From Vulcanimicrobiota bacterium (GTDB taxonomy: Bacteria > Vulcanimicrobiota > Vulcanimicrobiia > Vulcanimicrobiales > Vulcanimicrobiaceae), in contig CAVSBV010000004.1 of assembly GCA_963726285.1 (NCBI GenBank), positions 18,659 to 82,658 on the forward strand: a DNA stretch of 64,000 nucleotides. Reading direction: 5' to 3'. Position 1 is the first letter of the stretch. Each line of letters starts with the position of its first letter. The translations under genes were made by a program, and so were the position numbers. Positions 62,305 to 64,000 of this stretch are shown here, in pieces. Under the pieces are notes generated by a model, which searched no databases, was not told where the DNA came from, and worked only from the letters and a program-made list of their open reading frames with translations.

Positions 62305-63497
62305 TTGAAGCCGCTGCACGGCGTCGGCAGCGGACTGGGAACCGGCGTCGTCGTCGGGACGGGCGCGAAGAATTGCGCTTGCAACGACTGCACTTCCGGC
62401 CCGGTGAGCGTGGTGAAGCCCTGGTACTTTGCCTCCGGCCACAGTTCTATGGCGCGTGCCCCGAGGATCAAGCCTTGTGTGATCGTCTCGGGCCAGATGC
62501 ATCCCATGCCCATGGGCGCCTGCGTTTGGAAGTTGATCAAGCCGCCCATGCTTTGGATCGAGGTATACGTCGTTTGATCACCGGTGATCGGCGTCGACAA
62601 TGCGTGATTGTCGAGCACGCAACGCGAGCCCGCCACCGAACGACATTGCTGCATCACCGAGGCGGTGAATGTTGGGTCCAGGCCGCCGCTGAGCTTGCTG
62701 TATTCGTTGAACGTGTAGTCGATGTCGGTGTTCGCCCAGGCCGCGTAGTCGCTTACCGCTCCCATCAAACACGACTCCTGCAACGTGTCGGTCAACCCGG
62801 CTGCCGTCAGGTTCGATTTGCTGATCGGACCGCTCGATGGAACGAACGGCTCGTCGGTCTGCTCGGCGCACGAGGTCACCGCGACCGCGATGATGAGCGG
62901 GTTGGTGTCGTACTTCGCGGCGACTTGCGCTTGAAAGGCGCGCCACGCGGTGATGTAGGGCGCGGTCCAATACGGCCCGAGCGTGAGCGGACACACGTCG
63001 GTTTGCCCGTTGCACCCCGCGGGATTGCGATAGACCGTGACCGGACCGCCGGTTAAATGTTTGGCCCATTGCGGCGCGTTGCTTCCCGCATAGATGCGCA
63101 ACTTCACGCCGACCGGCGACGACTGCGTCACGTTCGATAAACTGTTGTACATTTGAACTGCTTGGAGATCGTTGTCGACCGCAGTGGTGACGATCGTGCC
63201 GCCCTGCGTCGGCTGTAAGTCGGCCCAGGTTTCGTTGATGACGATCCCGCCGAAACTCCCCGGATATTTCGTGATGTATTGCGTCGTGAACGGAGCGGGC
63301 GTCGCGTTGTCCGTATCGTGCCAGGAGATATCTTGCATGTCGATCAGGCCGCGAAGCGGGATCTTCGGTGGGGAGATCGTCACCGAGCCCGGCCCCGATG
63401 GCGACGGAATCGGCGGATAGGGGTAGGTGGTGCTCGGTGCACCGCCGCCGCACGCCACGAACATCAGGCAGGCGAGTACGAGAAATCCGTAGCGCAT
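62301..63497 (-). CDS. secreted lipoprotein, function unknown (possibly TIM-barrel hydrolase-like)
   Basis: 398 aa with the lipobox MRYGFLVLACLMFVAC. Its C-terminal half resembles the upstream partial gene. Confidence 0.7.
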   Translation of the reverse strand: MRYGFLVLACLMFVACGGGAPSTTYPYPPIPSPSGPGSVTISPPKIPLRGLIDMQDISWHDTDNATPAPFTTQYITKYPGSFGGIVINETWADLQPTQGGTIVTTAVDNDLQAVQMYNSLSNVTQSSPVGVKLRIYAGSNAPQWAKHLTGGPVTVYRNPAGCNGQTDVCPLTLGPYWTAPYITAWRAFQAQVAAKYDTNPLIIAVAVTSCAEQTDEPFVPSSGPISKSNLTAAGLTDTLQESCLMGAVSDYAAWANTDIDYTFNEYSKLSGGLDPTFTASVMQQCRSVAGSRCVLDNHALSTPITGDQTTYTSIQSMGGLINFQTQAPMGMGCIWPETITQGLILGARAIELWPEAKYQGFTTLTGPEVQSLQAQFFAPVPTTTPVPSPLPTPCSGFN

Positions 63498-64000
63498 TAG
63501 TGCTGTGCTCCTACCATTAGCGCGGTGGCATTAAAAGCGGATTTCCAGGTGGCGCTGTCGCCGCCGCCGCCGGGGAACATTTGGGTCGGCGAATCCGCTT
63601 CCAGCCAATCCTGCGGATAGATCTCGAACAGTTGTGTGTTGTTGTCGAGCGCGAATTGCAGCAGATTGGGGAAACTGATGTTATAGTTCGGCTGCGGATT
63701 GGCGACCGATTCGATCGGCTGAAACTCAAAGGGAACGACCCCGACATGACGGGTGAAGGCTTCGCACCAATAGACGCTGCCGTCGGTTCCCTGTGGATTG
63801 CAGGGCGCGGGTTTTGTGCCCGCATCGGCGACATGGCCGATGCCTAGGTTTTCAGTGCCGAATCCAACGGAGTTGTTCGCGGCGACCTCGGCAGCGTCGT
63901 TCGGGTAATCGTAGAAGCTGTTGGGATAGCCGGCGATCTCATTGAGCGCGATCATCAACTGCTTTCCGTTTGTGTTCAGCGAGCCCATGTAGTTGACGAT
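63497..64000 (-). CDS. hypothetical secreted protein, C-terminal part (gene runs off the right edge)
   Basis: The frame stays open to position 64000 (IVNYMGSLNTNGKQ...). One-nt TAATG overlap with the downstream gene. Confidence 0.55.
   Translation of the reverse strand: MVNYMGSLNTNGKQLMIALNEIAGYPNSFYDYPNDAAEVAANNSVGFGTENLGIGHVADAGTKPAPCNPQGTDGSVYWCEAFTRHVGVVPFEFQPIESVANPQPNYNISFPNLLQFALDNNTQLFEIYPQDWLEADSPTQMFPGGGGDSATWKSAFNATALMVGAQH

Noticed and set aside
1-64000. Search for tRNA, rRNA, CRISPR arrays, integrase/transposase genes and long identical repeats
   Set aside because: I saw no cloverleaf-like or rRNA-like segments and no regularly spaced short repeats. No tyrosine/serine recombinase or DDE transposase motif appears in any ORF translation. 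A by-eye scan can miss small RNAs.

Overview
High-GC bacterial chromosomal window in two parts.

**Left ~33 kb (1-33243): looks horizontally acquired.**
- A conjugative DNA-processing module at 2.1-13.1 kb: type IV coupling protein, ParA, MobC-like protein, TraA-type relaxase-helicase, LPD7-like protein.
- A tightly overlapped ten-gene minus-strand operon at 13.2-18.7 kb. It encodes secreted, lipoprotein and membrane proteins that I cannot place in any family.
- A defence-type island at 19.3-30.9 kb. It holds an orphan 626-aa protein with a HEPN-like RNNLEH motif, a UDG-fold-like protein, and a complete type I R-M system (hsdR with an extra N-terminal domain, hsdM, hsdS). It also holds a divergent TcmP / Gp37-Gp68 (DUF5131) gene pair.
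- Two diverged direct copies of the last ~45 codons of fliP (31007-31155 and 33095-33243). They bracket a HigBA-VOC-TetR islet and look like att-type scars of insertion into the 3' end of fliP.

**Right ~31 kb: core-like.** It contains metF, an O-methyltransferase, fliQ-fliR-flhB-flhA, secDF, a HIRAN-RecQ helicase and a Nudix hydrolase. It also has an APH / His-phosphatase / acyl-CoA dehydrogenase operon and a cluster of secreted peptidases (two paralogous S9, a zinc metalloprotease, M28, C11-like). A MocR regulator, an ABC-F ATPase and several lipoproteins complete it.

I saw no rRNA, tRNA, CRISPR array, integrase or transposase. All calls come from reading the translations and the sequence by eye. 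No database search was possible.
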